Virus record (IMG/VR): IMGVR_UViG_3300007171_000004
Location: 64,001-128,000 of that record
From: a virus
Lineage: Duplodnaviria; Caudoviricetes
Length of the DNA stretch: 64,000 bases
Direction: 5' to 3' (one strand)
Shown one piece after another: positions 1-9,000 of the stretch (position 1 is the stretch's first letter; the number at the start of each line of letters is the position of its first letter). The notes under the pieces are model-generated. The model saw nothing but the letters and a program-made list of their open reading frames with translations, made no database searches and was not told the DNA's origin. The position numbers and the translations under genes were made by a program.

Positions 1-475
1 AAGTTTTACCAGAACCACTTGGGCCTAATAATAAGATATTATATTTATCATTATAGTTAGTTTGATATGTAGCTCTAATATGTTCGTATACAGTCAGGCT
101 AATTCTCTTTTTAGCTTCATCTTGTCCAATTACTTTTTTATTTAAAGAATCATAAAAATATTTTGGACTTAAATGATTATAAGAACGTTTCCCTTTCATG
201 GCATTATATTGTTGTCTTGCCATAGGAATAAGATCGAAAATGTTATTCTTAAGATCTTCGCCTGATTTTTCGTCGTGGATATTTAGGAGTACTGATAAGA
301 GTTTGCCGTTAAGCTCCATCTGACCAAGAGTACTACCTACTTGAAAACAAGAATAATGATCATCGCAGAATTTAATGGCATCGCTCTCTTGAAATAGATT
401 GAAATTATCTATAATAGTATGAGCTGCCTTCTTATTACAGAACGAACATCTATTCTGTACTGTTATTTCTCTCAT
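1..475 (-). CDS. clpX: ClpX-like AAA+ unfoldase, N-terminal part (continues off the left edge; absent from ORF track)
   Basis: Manual translation from ATG at 475: [16 protein letters not shown]...FCDDHYSC...[30 protein letters not shown]...[15 protein letters not shown]. This shows the CSFC zinc-binding start, the VIGQxxAK ClpX motif and Walker A. No stop before base 1. Confidence 0.88.
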   Translation of the reverse strand, partial: MREITVQNRCSFCNKKAAHTIIDNFNLFQESDAIKFCDDHYSCFQVGSTLGQMELNGKLLSVLLNIHDEKSGEDLKNNIFDLIPMARQQYNAMKGKRSYNHLSPKYFYDSLNKKVIGQDEAKKRISLTVYEHIRATYQTNYNDKYNILLLGPSGSGKT

Positions 476-481
476 TAGTGA

Positions 482-1366
482 TTATTGTACAGAATGTTTC
501 TTGTAATAATCCATAATAAGCTTTTGAACGTCTCTTTCTGGATACCAATTTCCCGGAGTTTGTACTAACTTCATTGTATGTATTTTCTCCAAATCATATT
601 TTCTTTCAAACCCTGCTAAAAATTGTATTGAAATAGCTTTAATATTAGATAAAACATCTTCAAGAGATAAATGCTCGCACAAAGTATCTAAGAATTGTTT
701 CTTTGATATAATAAAAGCTTTTTGTTCTGCATTAAAATCATTTTCTTTTTCAGCATAAAAATCATCATCAAGAACAGCTCTCATGAGAACTAAATCCCAG
801 AAGAATTTTTGATCTTCTCTTGGAGTCAATTGTTTAGCAACAGTTGACACTTCTTTCGATGGATGTTCTCTCAATTCATCAGAACTTTCAGAAAGAAATC
901 TATCAAACTTTGGAACTAAAGCATTTTCTCTTCTCTCATATGAACTTTTGCCAGATCCAGAAGAATATTGCACTTCAGTTGTTGCGGATTTAGCATATGG
1001 AGTATGAGAAAGAGTATAGCCCTGCATAGCTTTTAATGCATTTTCTCTATTTTGCATCAATTGTTCAGGTGTATGAAAAAATTCTTTAACAACATCAGCA
1101 TCTTTAATTTTACCAAGTAATTTAGCTTCAAATTGATATTTAGGAATTCTAAGCTCTTTGTGTCCGTAAGGAATAGAAAGATATCCTGGTAATGGTAAAT
1201 AATCTTTTGAATGTTCTTGTAAAATAGCGCCTAAAGTAGGGTTAATAAAGGCAATTTCGTTAATTGTTTTGCCAGATAGATCAACTACATCATCTTCATG
1301 AGAGAATTGTCGTCTATATACGGTGTTTCTATTTTTTTCTGATCTACTTAAGTTAAATGGTTCCAT
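482..1366 (-). CDS. Hypothetical protein (294 aa), directly upstream of clpX
   Basis: Long ORF ending 6 nt before the clpX ATG; no recognised motif. Confidence 0.75.
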   Translation of the reverse strand: MEPFNLSRSEKNRNTVYRRQFSHEDDVVDLSGKTINEIAFINPTLGAILQEHSKDYLPLPGYLSIPYGHKELRIPKYQFEAKLLGKIKDADVVKEFFHTPEQLMQNRENALKAMQGYTLSHTPYAKSATTEVQYSSGSGKSSYERRENALVPKFDRFLSESSDELREHPSKEVSTVAKQLTPREDQKFFWDLVLMRAVLDDDFYAEKENDFNAEQKAFIISKKQFLDTLCEHLSLEDVLSNIKAISIQFLAGFERKYDLEKIHTMKLVQTPGNWYPERDVQKLIMDYYKKHSVQ

Positions 1367-1472
1367 ATCTTTTATTTACAAATTCCTTAGAAAATTATCC
1401 TTGAATCACAGGTTATAATATTTATTTTTCAAGAATATTAGGATGTATTCTTGTATTTGAGAGGAAATTAAA

Positions 1473-1679
1473 ATGGCATTACCCGACAACAACCAAAACA
1501 GAGGCAAAGGAAATTGGCAGATCCACTTGTACAATCCTAGTGAGAAGATCGGCCCTATTTCCGGTAATCTAGTAGTTGGTAAAGACTTTCATGTAATTTA
1601 TGCTGACGATAGACTTACAGTTTGTTTAGCTAATGTACCAAGTCAAAATGTAGCTTATGTTTTAAATTTGAAGGACTAA
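1473..1679 (+). CDS. Hypothetical protein (68 aa)
   Basis: GAGGA Shine-Dalgarno before ATG; first gene of a coupled run. Confidence 0.7.
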   Translation: MALPDNNQNRGKGNWQIHLYNPSEKIGPISGNLVVGKDFHVIYADDRLTVCLANVPSQNVAYVLNLKD

Positions 1680-1683
1680 TATT

Positions 1684-1956
1684 ATGTGGATTAAACTTGC
1701 TAAGAACAAAGATGAAATTGGAGATGTTAAGTTAATAAAGAAGTTAGCTGAAACTGCCATTCGTAGTTTATTGTTCAAGCAAGGCCACTATAATCCTTCA
1801 GAGCATGACGTTAATTGGAGAGTTAAGCGAGTTCTTGAAGAAATTATGGAGGAATATGGCAATTTAGAAGATGTAAGAGCTAAGGGGACAATTTACCTTA
1901 AACCTTATGTGGAAAAAATTGCCTATAAAATTTTTAAGAACAGAAAGAAAGATTAA
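1684..1956 (+). CDS. Hypothetical protein (90 aa)
   Basis: ORF tightly packed between its neighbours. Confidence 0.7.
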   Translation: MWIKLAKNKDEIGDVKLIKKLAETAIRSLLFKQGHYNPSEHDVNWRVKRVLEEIMEEYGNLEDVRAKGTIYLKPYVEKIAYKIFKNRKKD

Positions 1957-2568
1957 TTGCATACGTTTGAAGATGAGATAATTAGTAAGATAAAAGAAAT
2001 TAAAGAGAGCAAGAATTCTGAAAACATTTTAATAGCTTTACATTCTTTTTTATCTGACAATTTAGATTCACCCTCAGTTATAGTAGAAAATATCAAAACA
2101 TTTGAAGAATTACACCACGAACTTTATTTTAAGTCTTTAGATGAAATTAGATTAGATAGATTAAAATTACTAAATAAATATATCGACTCTCAATATCTAT
2201 ATTCACTTCCTATAAATAAAATCAATAAAGCTCTTGATATCTTAAATTCATTTCTAGGTTTTACTATTTTTTATGATACTAGAAGGGCTGATTTTTTTGC
2301 AGAATGTTCATTAATCGATACATTCTCTAGCTTAAATCTGCCTGAAAAATTTAAAGAAATAATAAAAGAAAGAGAAGAGTTTGCTATCAGTACAAGAGAA
2401 AAAATCTTGAATGTCACCAGAAATACAAATAAGTACAACTGGAATACAATCTTTTATGAAACTGTAATCACAAAATCTCTTAAAAACTGGCAAAAAACTT
2501 ACGGCCATTCTATAAATTACATCTTAAATGATACCGAAAAGAGAATGAGCTCCCTAATATTGAAATGA
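1957..2568 (+). CDS. Hypothetical protein (203 aa, TTG start)
   Basis: TTG abuts the upstream TAA; ATGA overlap with the next gene. Confidence 0.7.
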   Translation: MHTFEDEIISKIKEIKESKNSENILIALHSFLSDNLDSPSVIVENIKTFEELHHELYFKSLDEIRLDRLKLLNKYIDSQYLYSLPINKINKALDILNSFLGFTIFYDTRRADFFAECSLIDTFSSLNLPEKFKEIIKEREEFAISTREKILNVTRNTNKYNWNTIFYETVITKSLKNWQKTYGHSINYILNDTEKRMSSLILK

Positions 2569-3116
2569 AAGCCTACCTAACGTTCTATAAAAAATCATCT
2601 CAATTTCTTGGTGTTTCTTTTCCCTTAGAATCTGAAATAGAAGAAATCCCATCAGGTTGCCCAGTCATTGTCGTAGTAGATCATGACTTTATTAAATGTG
2701 TCTATAGAGTCGGCACTAATGGGGAAATCAATCAAATTTATGGGTTTCAAGATTATCTGATTCAAATAGAAGAAATACTTGATCTTTCTTACAAATATTT
2801 AAAAATCTATCATTACATCAGATTTACTCTAGAACATTTATTTAGAGAATTACTTTTAGATGAATTAATAAAGAATAAAATATCCTTATTATTAATGGAA
2901 AAATCTATCAATGATAATTACTTCAATAATTCTTTAATTTGGGATGTTTTTAAATCAATTGTGTCTAAAGAAATAAGATCTTCTAAAATCGAAAATAAAT
3001 TGAAAACAAAATTGTCCAGCAAACTTAATAAACTAAGAGAACCTACAGCTTATGTAACATCTAAAAAAATTGATGTAAATATGGTGGGATACGATCTTAA
3101 ATTCACAAAACCCTAA
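2565..3116 (+). CDS. Hypothetical protein (183 aa)
   Basis: ATGA-coupled ORF; its stop overlaps the stop of the convergent gene. Confidence 0.7.
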   Translation: MKAYLTFYKKSSQFLGVSFPLESEIEEIPSGCPVIVVVDHDFIKCVYRVGTNGEINQIYGFQDYLIQIEEILDLSYKYLKIYHYIRFTLEHLFRELLLDELIKNKISLLLMEKSINDNYFNNSLIWDVFKSIVSKEIRSSKIENKLKTKLSSKLNKLREPTAYVTSKKIDVNMVGYDLKFTKP

Positions 3117-3514
3117 ACACCATATAGTTTGTTTTGGATAATATTAAAAATTCTAGCTTTATTGGCGCAAACTTCACAACAAGACTCTGATTTTTCCCAG
3201 ATTTTTCTTCCACCAGGCATTGTTCTAATTACACATCTACAATTATCATGAACTGTAGGAGGTAACCAAGAAGCTGGCCAATTTGCTGTCGGATCTTGTT
3301 TTGGTGGGACAATCTCATTTTGAACACCTGCGGGAGGATCTGGAGTAATTACAGGTTCTTCTGCCTCCTGTTCCTCTTCAACATTAGGCATTTCTTCAAC
3401 AATATCTTCCTCTGATTGATCTTCATCTGCAAAAAATCTTGTTGGTTTAGTTCTAATAGGATGACCATACAGATTATATTTTGTCGCAATGATATGTTTG
3501 TAGAGATTGAACAT
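3113..3514 (-). CDS. Small acidic/Pro-rich protein with HDNCRC and CCEVC Cys motifs (resembles the phage Mu gpF / SPP1 gp7 signature)
   Basis: PPTVHDNCRCVI resembles the PxHPNCRC signature of head-morphogenesis proteins. Start moved to ATG 3514; the track's 3541 start is non-ATG. Confidence 0.55.
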   Translation of the reverse strand: MFNLYKHIIATKYNLYGHPIRTKPTRFFADEDQSEEDIVEEMPNVEEEQEAEEPVITPDPPAGVQNEIVPPKQDPTANWPASWLPPTVHDNCRCVIRTMPGGRKIWEKSESCCEVCANKARIFNIIQNKLYGV

Positions 3515-3549
3515 AATTCTTATATTAATATATCTGTACAAAAAACCCT

Positions 3550-4500
3550 ATGGATAGCTTCGACCCTAATAAAATTATTGACTTTTCTAAAAATTATTAT
3601 GAGATTTTAGGAATTAATTCTGAGGATCTACCTAATGGGAAAAATAGAGCTGCTAAAGTTGAATGTAGTAATATTTTAGACAAAGCATTTAGAAATAAAG
3701 CTAGAACTTGTCATCCTGATTTTGGTGGGACTAAGGAAGCTTTTTTAGATATTGTTAGAGCCAGAAGAATTTTAGAAGATCCCTATTTACGAGATATTTA
3801 TGATGGCAAAGAACAAAAGCCAGAATTTTCAAACAATAGCGAATTTACTGTAGACTGGTCAAAAATTGGTAACTATAGAAAAGGCACACCAGAAGATACA
3901 GTAGGTTTTAGTTTATTCTTTGAAATTGTAGAAATCAAAGAAAATCTTAATATTGTTCCAGCTTTTATTCCTAAGTCTGCGGATCACAATTATGAATGGG
4001 ATTTTGCATTAGCTGAACAAAAGGTCAAACTTTCCCTATCTATTGTTAACGATGAGGATGAAGTATTAAGATTAACAGATTCATCAAAAATGGAAGAATC
4101 TTTACCATTTAAAATTTATATCTGTATTCCAAGAGCTAGTTTATCAATCTCTCGCAATGATGGATCTATTCAGGCAGCTTACAATGACTTCAATCTTTTA
4201 GAAACTACTTCTTTAAATGTTGCCAAAGAATATATTAGTTGTGGATTAAGTAAAGATTTAGAGCTTTTTAGGTCAGGCGAATTACAAGCTAAAAAAAGAG
4301 AAGAAGATAAGAAAAATAATCAAAGTAATTGGATAAGTGGAGATAAAATGAAAACTATCGACAAAAGCCAGCTTGATTATATCTTAAAATTAAAATCTTT
4401 CAATGTTACACCAGACGAAAATGCTGCTGATTTCTTGGAAAAATTACCCACAGAATCAAGGAACACATCACAAGAAGACACTCCTGAACTGCCATTTTGA
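3550..4500 (+). CDS. J-domain (DnaJ class C) protein with unknown C-terminal domain
   Basis: NYYEILGI...AFRNKARTCHPDFGGTKEAFLDIVRARRILEDP...RDIYD is a J-domain with intact HPD. No G/F region or zinc finger. Confidence 0.85.
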   Translation: MDSFDPNKIIDFSKNYYEILGINSEDLPNGKNRAAKVECSNILDKAFRNKARTCHPDFGGTKEAFLDIVRARRILEDPYLRDIYDGKEQKPEFSNNSEFTVDWSKIGNYRKGTPEDTVGFSLFFEIVEIKENLNIVPAFIPKSADHNYEWDFALAEQKVKLSLSIVNDEDEVLRLTDSSKMEESLPFKIYICIPRASLSISRNDGSIQAAYNDFNLLETTSLNVAKEYISCGLSKDLELFRSGELQAKKREEDKKNNQSNWISGDKMKTIDKSQLDYILKLKSFNVTPDENAADFLEKLPTESRNTSQEDTPELPF

Positions 4501-4575
4501 TAGGTCTAATTTGCCGTTTAAAAGAAATAAGATGTAGGGAAATAATTCCTTAAACCACTCCTTTGGAGGAACAAA

Positions 4576-5937
4576 TTGGCGAAACATATTTACATTATCG
4601 ACACCTGCGTTTTACTGCATGATCCGTTCGCCCTATATAAATTCAAAGAAAATGATATTTATATTCCTTTGGCCGTAATTGATGATCTAGACGACATTAA
4701 AACAAAAAGAGACAATATCGGCTTTGCTGCGAGAGAAGTATTTAGACAACTAGAAAATTACACTCTTCAAGATTTAATTAAAGGTGTCAAAATTAATGAC
4801 GAAAACGGAAAATTATTCGTTTATAACACCGAATCTCCGTTACAAAAAAATGAAAGACCAAACATTGTTAAAGTTCATTCTGATAACGCAATTATAGAAT
4901 GTTGTTTGGCTCTCAAAGCTGTTAATCCACGAAAAAAAGTTTGCATTGTTACCAAAGATACAGGACTCAGAATCAGAGCTATAACCTGGGGCTGTAACGG
5001 TGAAAATTATAGAGCTGATCTATTAGATGTTCAAGATTACACTGGAGTTAGACAAATTGAATGTACTAACGACGCTGATTGGAAGGGGCTCTGGGCATCT
5101 GAAACTGTTGAAATTTCTAAACTATCTCCAGAATTACAAGAATCTTTAGGGGAATGTTATCCTAACGAATTTTTGATTTTCAATTATGGCGAAGCAAAGT
5201 GTCCTACATATAATAAGAATGGCGTTTTGAAGATTCTAAAAGAAAAATCCAATGCTGAAAGAAAAGCTTACATGGGCATTGAAGGCAAGAATCTTGAACA
5301 AAAATGTGCCTTGGAAGCTTTATATGATAAGACAGTTCCTCTTGTAACCTTAACCGGAAAAGCTGGATGTGGTAAATCATTCTTGGCTATTGCATCTGCA
5401 CTTCAGCAAATCAACGAAGGCACATATGAGAAGATTATTGTCATGAAGCCTTTAATTCCAGTTGGCGGTAAAGATATCGGAGCATTGCCAGGAGATAAAT
5501 TTGAAAAGATCTCTGCATGGCTTGGACCTATCAAAGATAATATTGATCAAATTTTAGGCTCAAAGTCTCTTTCTTCTAATAACATGTTTGAAGAAATGGT
5601 TAGAGAAGGCATTATTGAAGTAGAAGCTATGGCATATATTCAAGGTAGAAGTATTCCTAGATCTATTATCTTACTGGACGAATGCCAAAATATCACAAAT
5701 AGAGAGGCCAGAATGGTTGTTGAAAGATGTGGAAAGGATTCTAAGGTAATTCTTTTAGGAGATTTATCACAGGTTGAAAATCCATATCTTGATGCCCAAT
5801 CCAATGGTCTTGCTCACGCAGTTAATGGCGGTATGAAGAGCCAATTAGTTGCATCTATCTTACTGAGAAAAGTTGAAAGATCTGAACTTGCATCTGTTGC
5901 TAGTGAAATTTTCAATCGCCCAGAACGCAGAAGATAG
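4576..5937 (+). CDS. phoH: PIN-domain plus PhoH-family ATPase fusion (PhoH2/YlaK-like)
   Basis: N-terminal PIN motifs IIDTCVLLHDP, DNAII and VTKDTGLRIRA; Walker A GKAGCGKS; YIQGRSI; Walker B ILLDECQN; LLGDLSQ. TTG start after GGAGG. Confidence 0.92.
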   Translation: MAKHIYIIDTCVLLHDPFALYKFKENDIYIPLAVIDDLDDIKTKRDNIGFAAREVFRQLENYTLQDLIKGVKINDENGKLFVYNTESPLQKNERPNIVKVHSDNAIIECCLALKAVNPRKKVCIVTKDTGLRIRAITWGCNGENYRADLLDVQDYTGVRQIECTNDADWKGLWASETVEISKLSPELQESLGECYPNEFLIFNYGEAKCPTYNKNGVLKILKEKSNAERKAYMGIEGKNLEQKCALEALYDKTVPLVTLTGKAGCGKSFLAIASALQQINEGTYEKIIVMKPLIPVGGKDIGALPGDKFEKISAWLGPIKDNIDQILGSKSLSSNNMFEEMVREGIIEVEAMAYIQGRSIPRSIILLDECQNITNREARMVVERCGKDSKVILLGDLSQVENPYLDAQSNGLAHAVNGGMKSQLVASILLRKVERSELASVASEIFNRPERRR

Positions 5938-5951
5938 GATAGAAACATCAT

Positions 5952-5985
5952 AGGGGAGAAAAAAATAATCAATTCTCCCCTTTTT
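5952..5985 (+). terminator. Intrinsic terminator after phoH
   Basis: Stem AGGGGAGAA / TTCTCCCCT with a 12-nt loop, then a T run. Confidence 0.65.
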
Positions 5986-5986
5986 G

Positions 5987-5992
5987 TATAAT
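5987..5992 (+). promoter_or_regulatory. Candidate -10 box (TATAAT) for the 6014 gene
   Basis: Perfect TATAAT just after the terminator and 21 nt before the ATG; no clear -35. Confidence 0.4.
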
Positions 5993-6013
5993 TCCCAAGA
6001 GGTTTTTTATTTT

Positions 6014-9000
6014 ATGTCACAAGCTTTTATCTGGACTGAACTTGACAATGTTAATGGAACTACAGTAATTAATCCAGAAATTCCTTATGTAGATTTTGGC
6101 AATTTTCAAGCATCCCTATATTCAGATAAAAAGATCGTTCAATTAAAATGGATCAATTCTAATGTTGAAGATATTAAACTTTGGATTGACACATATATTG
6201 CTGATGTTTATAGGGACGCAAATACTAAAAAACCTGAACTAAGACAAAATATATACAATCTTGGCTATAGAATCAAATATTGTTTATTAGATTCAATTGA
6301 GCCTATTACATTACCCGCTGCAAGAGCAATCTCATTAACAAATCTTCCAAACTTCTCATCTAATGTGATTGATCAAGTTAAAGATACTCATGATGGAGTT
6401 ACTTTAAATGTAGGAGATAATATTCTTGTAGCTTCTCAAACAACAAAGACTGAGAATGGTTTATATACTGTTGATTTAGCTTACCCAAATTCAACTTTCA
6501 AATACAATCTTATAGAAGAACCAATCCAAAGAGGCAGAATTGTTAATGTTGTAAATGCTTCTGCTACTGATAATGGAAAGTCTTATTTCATGTATGCTAA
6601 TGACACTGCTACGGAAAAAGGACCAGGATCCACATCTAATTATGTAGCTGGACTATCTGTAAAATGGATTGAAAGAACCACAAGAAGAACTTTAACAAAC
6701 TGTGTAGCTACAACAACTTTAATCAACAAAACAACAAATAGCATTACAGATTTTAATAACGCCCCAACTAGTTTAGATGGACAAACTTTAGCACTCAATA
6801 ATAGAATTTTAGTTAAAGATCAATGGGTAAATCCAAGTCAAAATGGAATCTATTCTGTCACTCAACTCTATGCCCCTAATACAAATAAAGTAACCATTGA
6901 CAGTAGAACAAACTTTATAAATAGTGCCATTGATAGCCAGAAAAGAGTGGGAATCAATATCTTAAAAGGAACAACTTATGGCGGAAAAACTTTTAGATAT
7001 TATTCCTCAGGTGCTCAATCTTCCACAACTTTAAATTGGACAGATGCAACAGCCTATTTTAGCAGCACAATTACAGTAAAAATTAGCATATCTTCAGGTT
7101 TTGGTACATGGTCCCCAACAAGTATCACAAGCGCTCCTAATGTCATATCTGGTGTATCTTTAATAAATGGAGATGTAATTTTAGTAAGATCAACAACTAA
7201 CGAATGGCAAAATGGTATCTACACAGTTCAAACAGCAGGTACAGGTTCTGATGGCATTTGGGTTAGGCATACAAGCTTTGATACGACAGCTGAAATAGTC
7301 CCAACAATTGTATATCTCACCAACGGAACTAACTCTTTTGGTGGCAATTTCTATTATATGACAAGAAAGAATGAGAGCTTTAGTTTCTTATTAAATTCTT
7401 TCAATACCAAGGGAGAAATTGCAGTATATGATAGATTGTTGTACCCTTTTAGATATCAAGATTGTTCAAACAGAATCATCGAAAATGTAAATCTTGCCGG
7501 GGCTGTGTCTGAAAAGAAATTTGAATTTAGTAACATTCAAAATGGACAAAGAGTTATTGTAAATTCCCAAACAACTAAGGGACAAAATGGAATATATACA
7601 ACTACCTTCGCATCTTCAGCTAACGAATTAGTTTATAGTAATGAATATACTATCAAAAGAGGCATGTACGCAACAATCACCTCTGGGTCACAAGCAACAA
7701 AGAAATATTTACTTTATGCTCCTGGTACATCTGAAGTCCCTGGATCTGCAAATATTACTTGGATTGATTATTCTACACCAACAGCATTAACAGGAAGAAT
7801 TGCATCTATTGACAATTTAACTGGTTACACTTCTGGAAATTTTAATAATGTAACAACTTCGATAGGTGGTATTGCAGTTAAAGATTTCTTAAATAATGAT
7901 AAAATTCTATTAAGATCACAAACTAATAAAAATGAAAATGGTCTTTATAGAGTTAATGGCGCACCAACTCCAGGAAGCAGTGTATTAACCAGAAATGCAG
8001 CTTGGGAAAATTTAGGAACAGCTGGTGGATTTTCTAGAATCGCTGTGGAACAAATGAAAGGTACAAATCATGGAAGAGTTTACCTTAAATACACCTCACA
8101 ATATAACAACCAATCTATTACACCGTTTTCTTCTAATGGTTTAATTACATCTCTTCCTTATTTAAGCGCAACAGTTGGTTATTATTATATTGGTGCTGCA
8201 TTTTCTTCAGGTGGTACTTCTTTTACTGATGGATTTGGAATTCTTAGGAGTATTTCTAATCTTGATACAATTCTCGTAAAAAATACTACAAATCCTCATC
8301 TTTCAGGAATTTATGTAAATAATGCTGGGGTTTGGACAAGAAATGTTCCTTATGATACAGCTTTTACATTCCAGATACCAACAAAAGTAAATATTACAAA
8401 TGCTCCTACTTTAACCCATAAATACATGACTGCTAAAAAGGGCGTTGGAACTAGTAACACAAGTTTTACTTTAAATAACGCCACAACAGGAATCATTAAT
8501 ATTTATGATGACATTCTTGGAGCTGGAGAAAATATTGTATCCGTAAATGGAACAAACAGAAATTTTGGATATATAAGCATTGATAGACTTCAAGATTGTA
8601 AATACACAGTTATATTAGAAATCAATGAGCAATTTGATTATGATGTCAATAATGTGAATGTCCAATTACCAATAAGCAAATTAATTGGATCAGGTACACC
8701 AAACTATGGAGATAGAGTTCTTGTAGTTTTTGCTTATGGTGGTGACATTAATGCTACAACCCCTCTTGCTGGCAATGTGGCTGGTGTTTATGTCTTTACA
8801 GGAACAGAAGTCATAAATGGTGTAGGTGGTTTTGCATCTCTTGAAAAATTACCAAATACAAATGCTAATGATGAAAATATATTCAGAATTGGAACATCAT
8901 TAAAAGCTCCATATTCTGATGCTCTTTATGGTGGTATTGATTTTACATACACCAATTATAACCCAGAAATTGAATGGTACTGTGTAAGTTCTTCAGGAAA

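Noticed and set aside
4536-4568. Hairpins before phoH that might hide its SD (CTCC-TTT-GGAG)
   Set aside because: Only 4-5 bp; too weak to claim regulation.
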